The notes beneath the pieces are model-generated. The model did no database searches and was not told where the DNA came from. It saw only the letters and a program-made list of their open reading frames with translations. The position numbers were made by a program, and so were the translations under genes. DNA of 50,413 nucleotides from Callorhinchus milii (lineage: Eukaryota), in contig NW_024705376.1 of assembly GCF_018977255.1 (NCBI RefSeq), positions 1-50,413 of the forward strand, in the 5' to 3' direction. This document shows, piece by piece, positions 25,101 through 35,880 of the stretch (within the stretch, counting starts at the first letter, position 1; the number at the start of each line of letters is the position of its first letter).

Positions 25101-28100
25101 ACACGCACAAGACAAAGAACCCCCGTATAGCCTTAACAGACTGTAGGGGCAAGTGCTGTTAGCGAGCACCTATGAAGGCCGGCACGGCACACGAGGGGTG
25201 GGTGGCCAGCACCACGCCCGACCGCCTTTGTCTCCCAGTGGCGATGTTTACACACCGCACCAGGTACTCATTTGAGGCTGAGTCGACCTAGGGGAGGCCC
25301 AGGACCGGTTCAGATAATCGTCACTGGTGTTGGCCGTGAGCGGGAATCGAACTCGGGTCGCCGGGTTCGTAGCGCAGCGCGCTAACCGCTACACTACCGC
25401 TCCCCACACACACGCACGCACACATCTACACACACACAAGTGCAACACAACAACAACCGCCATTCGCCACTAAGTGGCGTTGACATCACTTGCGCCAGGC
25501 CATGTGCGCCTTGAGGCTACCACGTGAAGTGTCGAACGCCCGCTGGCAGGAGGTCACGGGGCAGACCCATCAGGTGCCACGGGTCAACTGACACACACAC
25601 ACGTGCACACACACACACACACACGTGCGCGCGTGTGTGTGCGTGTGCGTTCCCTGTGTGTGTGTGCGTAGCCCCACGCCGGAGGTGAGCTGGAGCAAGT
25701 GGGGTGGGATGTTGTTGTCGTCGGAGGAGGAAGCCGCCCCCCTCGCCGCACCCCCCGGCACGGCTCCGGCACGAGGCCAGCACGACCCCGGCACGACGCT
25801 GGCCATCCGCAACGCGGCGCTGTCACACGGCGGCAGCTACCAGTGCCGCGCCTTCAACAGCGAGGGCGTGGCGCTGCACACCGTCACGGTCACCGTGGAA
25901 GGTGTGCGCACCTGTGTGTGTGTGTCTATGTGTGTGTGTGCCTGTGTGTGTGTCTGTGTGTGTGCACCTGTGTGTGTGTGCACCTGTGTGTGTGTGTTTG
26001 TGCACCTGTGTGTGTGTGTGTCTGTGTGTGTGTGCGTGCGTGTCTGTGTGCACCTGTGTGTGTGTGTGTGCACCTGTGTGTGTGTGCGTGTGCCTGTGTG
26101 CGTGTGCGTGCGTGCGTGTGCCTGCGTGTGTGGGTGTGCGTGTGTGCGCGTGGCGGAGTGGTGGCTCAGGTGTTAGCGCCACTCCGCTACGAACCCGGCA
26201 ACAACCTCGAGTTCCCATTCACAGCCGGGGGTCTGCCTCCATTCTCCCTCCGCTGTCTGGTGGTGCTGCTGCTGCTGCTGCGGTGGTGGTGGTGGTAGTG
26301 GTGGTGGCGGTGCTGCTGCTGCAGTGGTGGTGTAGTGGTGGTGGTGGTGGCGGCGGTGGCGGCGGTGCTGCTGCTGCTGCTGTGGTGGTGGTGGTCCCTG
26401 TCTATAGGAAGCCGGCCACACCGATGGTGACTGACACCTCGCTTTGTTAGTTTCCATCAGCCGCCTTTCCCTATCGCAGGTGGGGACCCCCCCCCACCCA
26501 CCCCCTGTCTGGTTCTGCTTTGACACTCGCTAGTGCCGTGTGACACTCGCCGGTGCCGTGTGAAAGTCACGTGGGTTTGTTCGTCCGAGAGCCGGTCCAC
26601 CTGTGAGCTACGTAGCTCAGTGGACCTGCCTGGTAACCACACATGTCCCTTGCTTGTCTAGTTGACAAGCAAGGGACATTGTCTAACCCCTCCTCCCCCC
26701 CTGCCCCCTCCGCCCTCCCCCCCCTCCTCCTCTTCCTCCCTCCTCCTCCTCCCCCCTCCCTCCTCCTCCCCCCTCCTCCTCCCCCCCCCTCCTCCTCCCC
26801 ACTCCTCCTCCTCCCCCTCCTCCTCCTCCCCCCCTCCTCTTCCTCCCCCCCATCCTCCTCCCCCCTGCCTCCTCCTCCCCCTTCTCCTCCTCCTCCCCCC
26901 CTCTTCCTCCTCCTCCCCCCTCCTCCTCCTCCCCCTCCTCCTCTTCCTCCTCCTCACCCCGCTCCCCCTCCTCCTCCCCCCTGCCCCCCCCCTCCCGGCC
27001 TCTGCAGCGAAGCCGCACTGGTTCGCTCCGCTGCCAGAGAGCCGCAGCTACGCGCCGGGGACAGCGCCGAGCTCACGTGCTTCGCAAGCGGAATCCCCGC
27101 ACCCACCATCCGCTGGTTCCTCAACGGCGTGCCCATCGACGGTGAGACGCGGGGGGGGGGGGGTCAGTCTCGCTCGGCCACTCGCCCTGCCCGCTCACTC
27201 GCGGGTCGATCGCACGCTCGCTCGCCCGCTTGTCCACCGACGTGCACGTGCACACGCTCGTCAGCCGATCGCTCGGTCGACCGATCGCGGTAAAATCACA
27301 CGCTCGGTCAACCAGTCGCCCGCTCACTCGCCCGCTCACTCGTCCGCTCACTCGCCCGCTCACTCGCCCGCTCACTCGTCCGCTCACTCGCCCGCTCACT
27401 TGCCCGCTCACTCGCCCGCAATGTGCACGCCCTCACCCAGCCGGTCGCACGCTCACCCACTGGACGTAGCGAAGTGAGCCGGATCACGCCGCGTTGCGCT
27501 AAATGCATCCTGCCAAACAATGCCAAATCGCGCTCAGACCATTCCAAATCGTGGTTAAAATCGTTCCACATCGTGCGCCGAGACCGCGCCAAACCGTGCC
27601 GGGCGTCGTGCCGCCGTGCCACGGAGCAGAAGCCCCCGCGGTGCCGGACCGGCGGGTGGACCGCGACTTCCTGACGCTGCCCTGGCTGCGGGAGGAAGAC
27701 ACCGGCGTGTACCAGTGCCAGGCCTCCAACCGTCATGGCACCATCCTGGCCAACGCCTACGTCAACGTTCTGGGTGAGAGCCGCACGTAGCCAACTATGA
27801 CGGTCGGAGGTGCGGGGGAAGGATGACTGAGTCTCTATGCGAATCTGTGGGTCTCTGTGTGAGTCTGTGGGTCTCTGTGTGAGTCTGTGGGTCTCTATGC
27901 GAATCTGTGGGTCTCTGTGTGAGTCTGTGGGTCTCTATGTGAGTCTGTGGGTCTCTGTGTGAGTCTGTGGGTCTCTGTGTAAGTCTGTGGGTCTCTGTGT
28001 CAGTCTGTGGGTCGCTGTGTGAGTCTGTGGGTCTCTGTGTGAGTCTATGGGTCGCTGTGTGAGTCTGTAGGTCTCTGTGTGAGTCTATGGGTCTCTGTGT

Positions 28101-31100
28101 GAGTAGTCTATGGGTCTCTGTGTGAGTCTGTAGGTCTCTGTGTGAGTCTATGGGTCTCTGTGTGATGAGTCTGCGAGTCTCTGTGTGATGAATCTATGGG
28201 TCTCTGTGTGATGAGTCTGTGGGTCTCTGTGTGATGAGTCTGTGGGTCTCTGTGTGATGAGTCTGTGGGTCTCTGTGTGAGTCCTCTCGGCAAGCATCTG
28301 TCTTGCTTCTCCTCGTGTTGTTCCCCCCTTCAAACCCTCCTCCTCCTCCCTCCTCCTCCCTCCCCCTCCACATTCCACCTCCTGTGTTCCGTGGAGGGAT
28401 AACCACTCAGTGTCTCCCTCCGCTCTTCCTCCGCTCCTCATTCTCCAATCTCCTGTCTCTCTCTCTCACTTCCCTCCTGAAGCTTCCCTCGTCAACTCCT
28501 GCCACCAACCCCCAAGATCTCCTCCTGCTTCACCTGGTGGCATCTCTGCTGCGGTTCCACAACATTCCTCTAACCCAGCAACCCTCCCTCCCCCCTGCCC
28601 CATCCCACCCCCACCTCTCGCACAGCCGTGGCCCCACGGATGCTGTCGAAGCCGGACAGGCTGTACACGGCCACAGAGGGACAGGCCACGTACTTGGAAT
28701 GTGCCGTATTTGGGTTGCCACGTCCCAACATCCTGTGGTGAGACCGACGCTGGCCCGGCTACTTTACTGCCTCCATGAACTAAACACTGTCAAGGATGAC
28801 GTAGTGTAGTTCATACTGGTAATTCTCTAACCCTAATACTGATTTAAAGCTTTCGTGACTGCAGGGATTCATCTTCTTGGTTCTTTCGGTAAAGTCACGT
28901 AGAAGGGAAATAATAAAATTATAAAAATAAAACATTATAAAATACAATTCTCACGACGTTTCGGCCACAACGCAAGCAGCCGTCCTCATGTGAAGAACTG
29001 CTGTATGTGTGTGTGTGTGACACACACACACAGTTTCACTGTTTGTGTGTGTGTGTGTGCAACACTCACACACACACAGTGAAACTGCTGTGTGTGTGTG
29101 ACACACACAGTGAAACTGGGTGTGTGTGTGTGCAACACTCACACACACACACAGTGACACTGTCACTGTGTGTGTGTGACACACACAGTGAAACTGGGTG
29201 TGTGTGTGTGCAACACTCACACACACACACAGTGTGTGTGTGCAACACACACACACAGTTTCACTGTGTGTGTGTGTTGTACACACACACACACAGTTTC
29301 ACTGTGTGTGTGTGTGTTGCACACATACACATACAGTTTTACTGTGTGTGTCACACACAGTGAAACTGTGTGTGTGTGTACAACACTCAAGACTCCTCCC
29401 CCCCCCCCCCCTCTTTGCTTACGCCGCGCACCGCCAGGTTCCAGGGCGAGCACAGCGCATCCCTGGCGAGCGAGCGCCACCAAACCTTCGCCAACGGCAC
29501 GCTGCTCATCTCGAACCTGTCGCCTGCCGACTCCGACACGTACACCTGCTACGCGGTCAACAAGCTGCACCACCAGCAGCTCCAGGCACGCCTCTACGTC
29601 GAAGGTTTGCACACCGAGACCGATAGACTCATCACAACGAGACCGATAGACTCACACAGAACCATAGACTCACCACACAGAGACCCATAGACTCACACAG
29701 ACCCATAGACTCATCACACAGAGACCCATAGACTCACACAGACCCATAGACTCATCACACAGAGACCGATATACTCACACAGACCCATAGACAGACCCAT
29801 AGACTCATCACACAGAGACCCATAGACTCACACAGACCCATAGACTCACCAAACAGAGACCCATAGACTCATCACACAGAGACCCATAGACTCATCACAC
29901 TGAGACCGATAGACTCACACAGACCCATAGACTCACCACACAGAGACCCATAGACTCATCATGCAGAGACCCATAGACTCATCACACAGAGACCCATAGA
30001 CTCATCACACAGAGACCCATAGACTTATCACACAGAGACACATAGACTCATCACACAGAGACCGATAGACTCACACAGACCCATAGACTCATCACACCGA
30101 GACCCACAGACTCATCACACAGAGACCGCTAGACTCACACAGACCCATAGACTCACCACACCGAGACCCATAGACTCATCACACCGAGACCCACAGACTC
30201 ATCACACAGAGACCCACAGACTCACCACACAGAGACCCACAGACTCATCACACAGAGACCCACAGACTCACCACACAGAGACCCACAGACTCACCATACA
30301 GAGACCCAAAGACTCATCACACAGAGACCCACAGACTCACCACACAGAGACCCACAGACTCACCACACAGAGACCCACAGACTCACCACACAGAGACCCA
30401 CATACTCATCACACAGAGACCCATAGACTCATCACACAGAGACCCATAGACTCATCACAGAGACCCATAGACTCATCACACAGAGACCCATAGACTCACA
30501 CAGACCCATAGACTCATCACACAGAGACCCATAGACTCATCACACAGAGACCCATAGACTACACAGACCCAGACTCACCACAAGACCCATAGACTCATCA
30601 CACAGAGACCCATAGACTCACACAGACCCAGACTCACACACAGAGACCCATAGACTCATCACACAGAGACCCATAGACTCACACAGACCCATAGACTCAT
30701 CACACAGAGACCCATAGACTCATCACACAGAGACCCATAGACTCACACAGACCCATAGACTCATCACACAGAGACCCATAGACTCATCACACTGAGACCG
30801 ATAGACTCACACAGACCCATAGACTCATCATGCAGAGACCCATAGACTCATCACACAGAGACCCATAGACTCATCACACAGAGACCCATAGATTCATCAC
30901 ACAGAGACCCATAGACTCATGAGTCTATGTGGGTCTGTGTGATGAGTCTGTGGGTCTCTGTGTGGTGAGTCTGTGGGTCTCTGTGTGGTGAGTCAACGAT
31001 GTTTTTCATTTGCCGGACAGCTTCAATGGAGCCAGTTGGATCGCTGTGCACAAGATGGCGGCGATGGCTTGTCTAGTCTCCGGGGGGGTTCGTGTATCAG

Positions 31101-32720
31101 GTAGATCGATGGTGGCCGCTGATTATGAAAGACGAACCAGGAGGGTCACCAAGGCAGTGAAATGAGTCCGGTCCCAGTGTTTTTATTATCGATGACAAGT
31201 CACATCGCTCGTGGCACGGGCGACTACGACGCTCGCCGTTGCTGGATTTCTCTCTGCTCTCCGTGACCCCCCCGACCCCCACCCCCAGCCCGCTCCTCGT
31301 CAGAAGAAGAGGCGGTCGCCACGACGACTCAGAGCCCCTTCGTCATCTCCGCAATGGGCGTGGTGGTGGCGGCGGCGATGCTCCCGCTGGTGACGCTTGC
31401 GGTGGTCGCCGCGTGCCTGTGAAGGCGGCGGCAGCAGAGCCCCCTGGTAAGCGGCAGTGGCACCGTGGCTGACCAATCAATCAAGCGTAGTGGCAGTACA
31501 GGTTCTTTCGGTAAAGTGACGTATAAAGAGAAAATAATAAATTAAATACAAGCATACGACGTTTCGACTGCAACGCAAGCAATCGTCATCAGGTATAAAT
31601 GAAATGGAAACACAAATCTAGTATACTTAGAAATGTAATGTAATACAACAGAGAGTCGGAACAGGACCCTGCGGTGTGGGCTGGTAGGAACGAATAACCA
31701 AAGAATATAAACATAATGTATTATTACACTTGTTTAGCCAGGAAAGCCCCACTGAGTCTAAAGGTTTTTGTAGGGTCCTGCCAAGTGTTTGCAGTAGGGG
31801 GCGATGTTGCTACACCTAATCGGACGATCCGAAAGGAGATTTTGAGGCCTACTTCTAGGCTTTAGGCCTAGCTGTAGGCTTTAGGGCGCTGAGTTAATTT
31901 TTAATTTAAATGTTTTCATTATTAATGTATAATTTAAAAGTTATAATTATTAATGTAAAAGCTTTAAATGTAAATGTTTCTATTGAAAAACATCAGAGAA
32001 TGTAACATTGTTAAACATTAACTCCCTTTCACACACGCGGGGGTACGATACGAAGGGAGACTTTGAGGCCTAGTTCGAGGCTTTAGGCCTAGCTGTAGGC
32101 TTTAGGGTGCTGTGAGTTTTTTATTTAATTTCAAAGTTTTAATTAAAAGCTATCTCAGGGAATTATAAGGGAATGTTACACTTGTTTAGCCAGGAAAGCG
32201 TCACTGAGTAAAGGTTTTTGTAGGGTCATGCCAAGTGTTTGCAGTAGGGGGCGATGTTGCTACACGGACGGACGGACGGACAAACGGACAAACGGACGGA
32301 CGATATAATCTATTGTAGGCTGGTCCACTTTGTTCCTACCAGTATAACATAACAGTCAACACCCCACCTGGTTGATTACGTTCTTCCTGAGAATGCTAAA
32401 TTTGAGAGAGAGATAAAACACAAAAGAGTTGTTTCTATTTGTTTGCATTTTGACTGCTTGTGTTGTGGTTATTGCAAACATGATGCCTTGTATAAAGGTG
32501 TCAGTTTTGTACCAGTATAAAGGGTAAACACCTACTACGTGTGTGTAGTTGCCGTGGTGCGGTACCTGTGCTCAGCAGAGACGTTCTCTCCCATTCGCAG
32601 GATCTCAAACTCTGGATAGGCGCTCTGTCCTCATCCGTTCACTGGGAACAACAACAGCAACAACAACAACAGCAACAGCCAAACGAGAAAACTCAAACGC
32701 TTCCCGAAATATTGTCGTGA
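16057..32720 (+). CDS. L1 cell adhesion molecule family (neurofascin/NrCAM-like) gene, multi-exon: signal peptide, Ig1-Ig5, TM, short tail
   Basis: Eleven exons with GT-AG boundaries and phases (1,2,1,1,1,2,1,1,1,2,1), consistent once two single-G losses are restored, spell a sequence colinear with NrCAM/neurofascin Ig1-5, followed by a TM-like exon. Orthology cannot be assigned by eye. Confidence 0.85.
16236..16606. mobile_element. Composite Penelope-like insertion with internal hairpin and 11-bp TSD
   Basis: CACCTAAGGTC at 16225-16235 and 16607-16617; ~30-bp hairpin at 16476-16536; split hammerhead halves. Confidence 0.75.
17465..17570 (+). CDS. L1-family exon Ig1a ([36 protein letters not shown])
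   Basis: Closely matches the neurofascin Ig1 N-half pattern (TQPP..IVDPRDN..CEAxGNPAP); AG/GT boundaries. Confidence 0.92.
17884..18134 (+). CDS. L1-family exon Ig1b (FWWSKDG...[26 protein letters not shown])
   Basis: Ig W and YxC motifs; AG/GT boundaries; phase fits; contains a G/D-rich insertion. Confidence 0.9.
18195..18448 (+). mobile_element. Partial SINE (second family) abutting the Ig2a acceptor
   Basis: CCTAGGTCGACTCAGCCTCAAA...GGCTACACGGGGAGACTTT. Confidence 0.6.
18464..18589 (+). CDS. L1-family exon Ig2a ([12 protein letters not shown]...[20 protein letters not shown])
   Basis: Matches the L1-family LxCxPP-G-PPP-FW-DS pattern; 126 nt, phase 1-1. Confidence 0.92.
18585..19838 (+). 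repeat. 34-bp minisatellite (about 37 units), each containing the Ig2a splice donor
   Basis: Unit CAGCTGTGAGTACCACGCTGGCTATGAGATGTTA; only the last few bases vary appreciably. Confidence 0.95.
19824..20050 (+). mobile_element. V-SINE heads (two units)
   Basis: Same unit as 1163-2290. Confidence 0.75.
20427..21211 (-). mobile_element. Penelope-like fold-back mini-element with 13-bp TSD, interrupted by a MITE
   Basis: AGTGTGGAACATT at 20414-20426 and 21212-21224; tail on the left; inverted arms at 21045-21210. Confidence 0.75.
20456..21037. mobile_element. pogo/Tigger-like MITE
   Basis: Perfect 23-bp TIR CAGTGATACCTCGGTTCACGAAC, TA duplication (20454-55 and 21038-39), no transposase ORF. Confidence 0.9.
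21311..21570 (+). repeat. (CCA/CCG)n trinucleotide tract directly before the Ig2b acceptor
   Basis: Visible directly. Confidence 0.95.
21574..21743 (+). CDS. L1-family exon Ig2b ([54 protein letters not shown])
   Basis: Matches the RVxQG..GDLxFxNV..DYxCxA..HT.TI..KQP pattern. 170 nt, one base short of frame in the G run at 21695-21699. Confidence 0.88.
21780..22574. repeat. GT-rich microsatellite, continuing at 24455-24830 beyond the LINE
   Basis: Visible directly. Confidence 0.95.
22575..24455 (+). mobile_element. RTE-like non-LTR retrotransposon, 5'-truncated (copy 2)
   Basis: Near-identical to 5332-7213; YADD at ~23377-23388; open C-terminal 323 aa ending in CPVTSC-x12-HLAWH; stop at 24431; (TTG)n(TG)n tail. 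Confidence 0.92.
24972..25080 (+). CDS. L1-family exon Ig3a ([37 protein letters not shown])
   Basis: Matches the RP.F..P.G..SS..VL.G..L.L.CI..GL pattern; AG/GT boundaries; phase 1-2. Confidence 0.9.
25113..25405 (-). mobile_element. Full-length tRNA-derived SINE (second family)
   Basis: A- and B-box head and body as at 9433-9703. Confidence 0.8.
25445..25590 (-). mobile_element. 3' end fragment of the RTE-like LINE
   Basis: Reverse complement of ...CCACTTAGTGGCGAATGGCGGTTGTTGTTG. Confidence 0.8.
25672..25901 (+). CDS. L1-family exon Ig3b ([12 protein letters not shown]...[23 protein letters not shown])
   Basis: PTP..W.K and GxYQCxAxN motifs; phase 2-1. Confidence 0.9.
27008..27141 (+). 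CDS. L1-family exon Ig4a ([45 protein letters not shown])
   Basis: Matches the A.PYW..PG....L.C.A.G.P.P.I.W..NGVPI pattern. 134 nt, one G short at 27057-27060. Confidence 0.88.
27630..27773 (+). CDS. L1-family exon Ig4b ([13 protein letters not shown]...[24 protein letters not shown])
   Basis: Diagnostic VYQC.ASN.HG..LANA.VNVL; 144 nt. Confidence 0.92.
27825..28282 (-). repeat. 20-23 bp minisatellite (reverse complement of the 29612-30920 unit)
   Basis: GAGTCTRTGGGTCTCTGTGT(GAT) units. Confidence 0.95.
28626..28737 (+). CDS. L1-family exon Ig5a ([38 protein letters not shown])
   Basis: Matches the PR.L....LY....G....L.CA.FG.P.P.I.W pattern; phase 1-2. Confidence 0.9.
28841..28997 (-). mobile_element. 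Penelope-like mini-element with a core-mutated hammerhead (ATGAGGA in place of CTGAGGA)
   Basis: Tail and terminus, then on the minus strand TTCAC-ATGAGGA-C-GGCTGC..GTGGCC-GAAACGTC-GTGAGAA. Confidence 0.7.
29438..29604 (+). CDS. L1-family exon Ig5b ([55 protein letters not shown])
   Basis: NGTL.I..D...YTC.A.NKL motif; 167 nt, phase 2-1. Confidence 0.92.
29612..30995. repeat. ~23-bp minisatellite (AGACCCATAGACTCATCACACAG) with an orientation flip at ~30920
   Basis: Visible directly; palindromic junction ATAGACTCATGAGTCTAT. Confidence 0.95.
31304..31446 (+). CDS. Probable transmembrane exon of the L1-family gene ([47 protein letters not shown])
   Basis: Pyrimidine tract and CAG at 31301-03; in phase with Ig5b; ~25 hydrophobic residues followed by RRR; donor GTAAGC at 31447. 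In-frame TGA at 31420-31422. Confidence 0.65.
31553..31597 (-). ncRNA. Minimal hammerhead ribozyme (variant stems)
   Basis: Minus strand ATAC-CTGATGA-C-GATTGC-ttgcgtt-GCAGTC-GAAA-CGTC-GTAT. Confidence 0.7.
31640..32348 (-). mobile_element. Probable non-autonomous Helentron (HINE/DINE-1-like)
   Basis: Subterminal inverted repeat CTGGTAGGAAC (31681-91) / GTTCCTACCAG (32332-42); (GTCC/GTTT)n microsatellite near the minus-strand 5' end; internal duplicated blocks. Confidence 0.5.
32601..32720 (+). CDS. Candidate last exon (phase 0: [17 protein letters not shown]10[13 protein letters not shown])
   Basis: Good acceptor TTCTCTCCCATTCGCAG; open in the phase left by the TM exon; no recognisable homology. 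Confidence 0.35.
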   Translation, partial: DLKLWIGALSSSVHWEQQQQQQQQQQPNEKTQTLPEILS

Positions 32721-32731
32721 CCAGGGTGTGG

Positions 32732-33561
32732 AGACCCACAGACTCACTACACAGAGACCCATAGACTCACCACACAAAGACCCATAGACTCACTACACAG
32801 AGATCCATAGACTCACTACACAGAGACCCATAGACTCACTACACAGAGACCCATAGACTCACTACACAGAGATCCATAGACTCACTACACAGAGACCCAT
32901 AGACTCACCACACAGAGACCCATAGACTCACTACACAGAGACCCATAGACTCACTACACAGAGACCCATAGACTCACTACACAGAGACCCATAGACTCAC
33001 TACACAGAGATCCATAGACTCACTACACAGATCCATAGACTCACTACACAGAGACCCATAGACTAACCACACAGAGACCCATAAACTCACCACACAGAGA
33101 CCCACAGACTCACCACACAAAGACCCATAGACTCATCACACAAAGACCCATAGACTCACTACACAGAGATCCATAGACTCACTACACAGAGATCCATAGA
33201 CTCACCACACAGAGATCCATAGACTCACCACACAGAGACCCACAGACTCACCACACAGAGACCCACAGACTCACCACACAAAGACCCATAGACTCACTAC
33301 ACAGAGATCCATAGACTCACCACACAGAGACCCATAAACTCACCACACAGAGATCCATAGACTCACTACACAGAGACCCATAGACTCACCACACAAATAC
33401 CCATAGACTCACCACACAAAGACCCATAGACTCACCACGTAGAGACCCACAGACTCACCACACAGAGACCCTCAGACTCACCACACAGACACCCATAGAC
33501 TCACCACACAGAGACCCATAGACTTACCACACAGAGATCCATAGACTCACCACACAGACCC
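32732..33561. repeat. 23-bp minisatellite (AGACCCATAGACTCACYACACAG)
   Basis: Same family as 29612-30920. Confidence 0.95.
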
Positions 33562-34752
33562 ATGCACCTAGCCTGGAACAGCAGTCAACTCATGGCACCT
33601 GCTGGGTCATTCCCGTGACTTGCTCATGCACCTAGCATGGCACAGCAGTCAACCCACGGCACCTGCAGGGTCTGTCCCGTGACTTCCTCCTCATGCACCT
33701 AGCCTGGCACAGCAGTTAACCCATGGCACCTGCAGGGTTTGTCCCGTGACTTCCTCCTCATGCACCTAGCCTGGCACAGCAGTCAACCCACGGCACCTGC
33801 TGGGTCTGTCCCGTGACTTCCTCATGCACCTAGCCTGGCACAGCACGGCACCTGCTGGGTCTGTCCCGTGACCTCCTCCTGCACCTAGCCTGGCACAGCA
33901 GTCAACCCACGGCACCTGCTGGGTCTGTCCCGTGACTTTCTCATGCACCCAGCCTGGCACAGCAGTCAACCCATGGCACCTGCTGGGTCTGTCCCATGAC
34001 CTGCACCTAGCCTGGCACAGCAGTCAACCCATGGCACCTGCTGGGTCTGTCCCGTGACTTCCTCTTGCACCTAGCCTGGCACAGCAGTCAACCCACGGCA
34101 CCTGCTGGGTCCCTGTGACCTCTTCATGCACCTAGCCTGGCACAGCAGTCAACCCATAGCACCTGCAGGGTCTGTCCCGTGACTTCCTCCTGCACCTAGC
34201 CTGGCACAGCAGCCAACTCATAGCACCTGCTGGGTCTGTCCCGTGACCTCCTCATGCACCTAGCCTGGCACAGCAGTCAACCCACGGCACCTGCTGGGTC
34301 TGTCCCGTGACTTCCTCATGCACCTAGCCTGGCACAGCAGTCAACCCACGGCACCTGCTGGGTCTGTCCCGTGACCTCCTCATGCACCTAGCCTGGCACA
34401 GCAGTCAACCCACGGCACCTGCTAGGTCTGTCACGTGACCTCCTCATGCACCTAGCCTGGCACAGCAGTCAACCCACGCACCTGCTGGGTCTGTCCCGTG
34501 ACCTCCTCATGCACCCAGCCTGGCACAGCAGTCAACCCATGGCACCTGCAGGGTCTGTACCTTGACTTTCTCATGCACCTAGCCTGGCACAGCAGTCAAC
34601 CCATGGCACCTGCAGGGTCTGTACCTTGACTTTCTCATGCACCTAGCCTGGCACAGCAGTCAATCCATGGCACCTGCAGGGTCTGTCCCGTGACTTTCTC
34701 ATGCACCTAGCCTGGCACAGCAGTCAACCCACGGCACCTGCTGGGTCTGTCC
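33561..34752 (+). repeat. ~64-bp minisatellite (about 19 units) derived from the RTE 3' end
   Basis: Unit CATGCACCTAGCCTGGCACAGCAGTCAACCCACGGCACCTGCTGGGTCTGTCCCGTGACTTCCT; compare 24306-24348 and 24385-24402. Confidence 0.9.
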
Positions 34753-35499
34753 CTATGATGATAAGCCACTTCGCTAAGCCATCTCTCTCTCTGCGTGTGT
34801 CTGTCTTTGTGTCTGATAACTTTAATGTACATTGTATTATGGTTGTCATTGTTTGATATGTGCTGCTTGATTTTGGGGAAGTTTTTTTCTCCTGGATGTT
34901 TCTGTTGCGCGTCGTCATTTTAAGAATTTTATTTCTTCGTGTTTTTTGTTTGTTGCCGCATGGGTCACGTGGTTATACCTCAAAATAAATGAAACTTTAA
35001 ACTGAAACTGTCTCCGTGTCTGTGCCTCTGTACATCTGTAACGGGAAGACATCTTCTGTAACGGGAAGACTTATTTATATACTACACACTACACTACATT
35101 ATACACTACTATACACTACACTATACACTACACGACACTATACACTACACACTACACTATACACTACACTATACACTACACTATACACTACACTATACAC
35201 TACACTACTACACTAGTGCTGTGCTAGTGACGAATTGTCACGTTCTGTTTACGTGACAACCCTCACTAGTTGGTGGTGATGGATTTGAACGACACATTTA
35301 TATATTTTTGCGATCAAACCCAAAACACCTCTCATGGATTCACCACGTTATGAACATCACATTTGCATTCATAAGTTGCTTGCTTAATTGCCTCAGCTAC
35401 TCGGTGTTTCGTATCGAATCTCGTCTCAAACAATCGAAGGGCGCCCCCAAGTGGCAGCTGCCCCTGTGTGGCACAAGGTGGTTGTGGGGTTTCTGGATA

Positions 35500-35880
35500 A
35501 TATTCTTAGGTTTTTTCGGTAAAGTCACGGAGGTAAAAAATTAAAATTAATAAAAGTAAAATAAAAATCACGACGTTTCGATTGCAACACAAGCAATCAT
35601 CAGGTATAAATGAAATAGCAACAAAAAATTCTAACCAGAAAAACTATAGACAGACATATGAGCAGACAGATATCACCAAGATACATAGAGAGACACAGGC
35701 ACAGAGAGGGAGATCGTCTCTGTGGCGAGGCCTTAAATAGGCAGAGGGGCGGGGGCAGAGAGATGGAGGGGTCAGAGACAAAATTAACATGTCAATGAGT
35801 GCGGAAAACGCGTAGTAAAGTAAGCAGGTTTGAACATTAGGAGAGAGGGAGAAAGAACACACTAAATTAAATAACCTAGA
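35500..35880 (-). mobile_element. Longer Penelope-like terminal fragment (homologs at 40227-40618 and 46487-46632)
   Basis: Family terminus, a deleted hammerhead, then ~270 bp (GAAATAGCAACAAAA...CTATAGACAGACA...GGCCTTAAATA) shared among the three loci. Confidence 0.6.

Noticed and set aside
31420..31422. Selenocysteine TGA
   Set aside because: No SECIS-like element identified downstream and no precedent known to me in this family.
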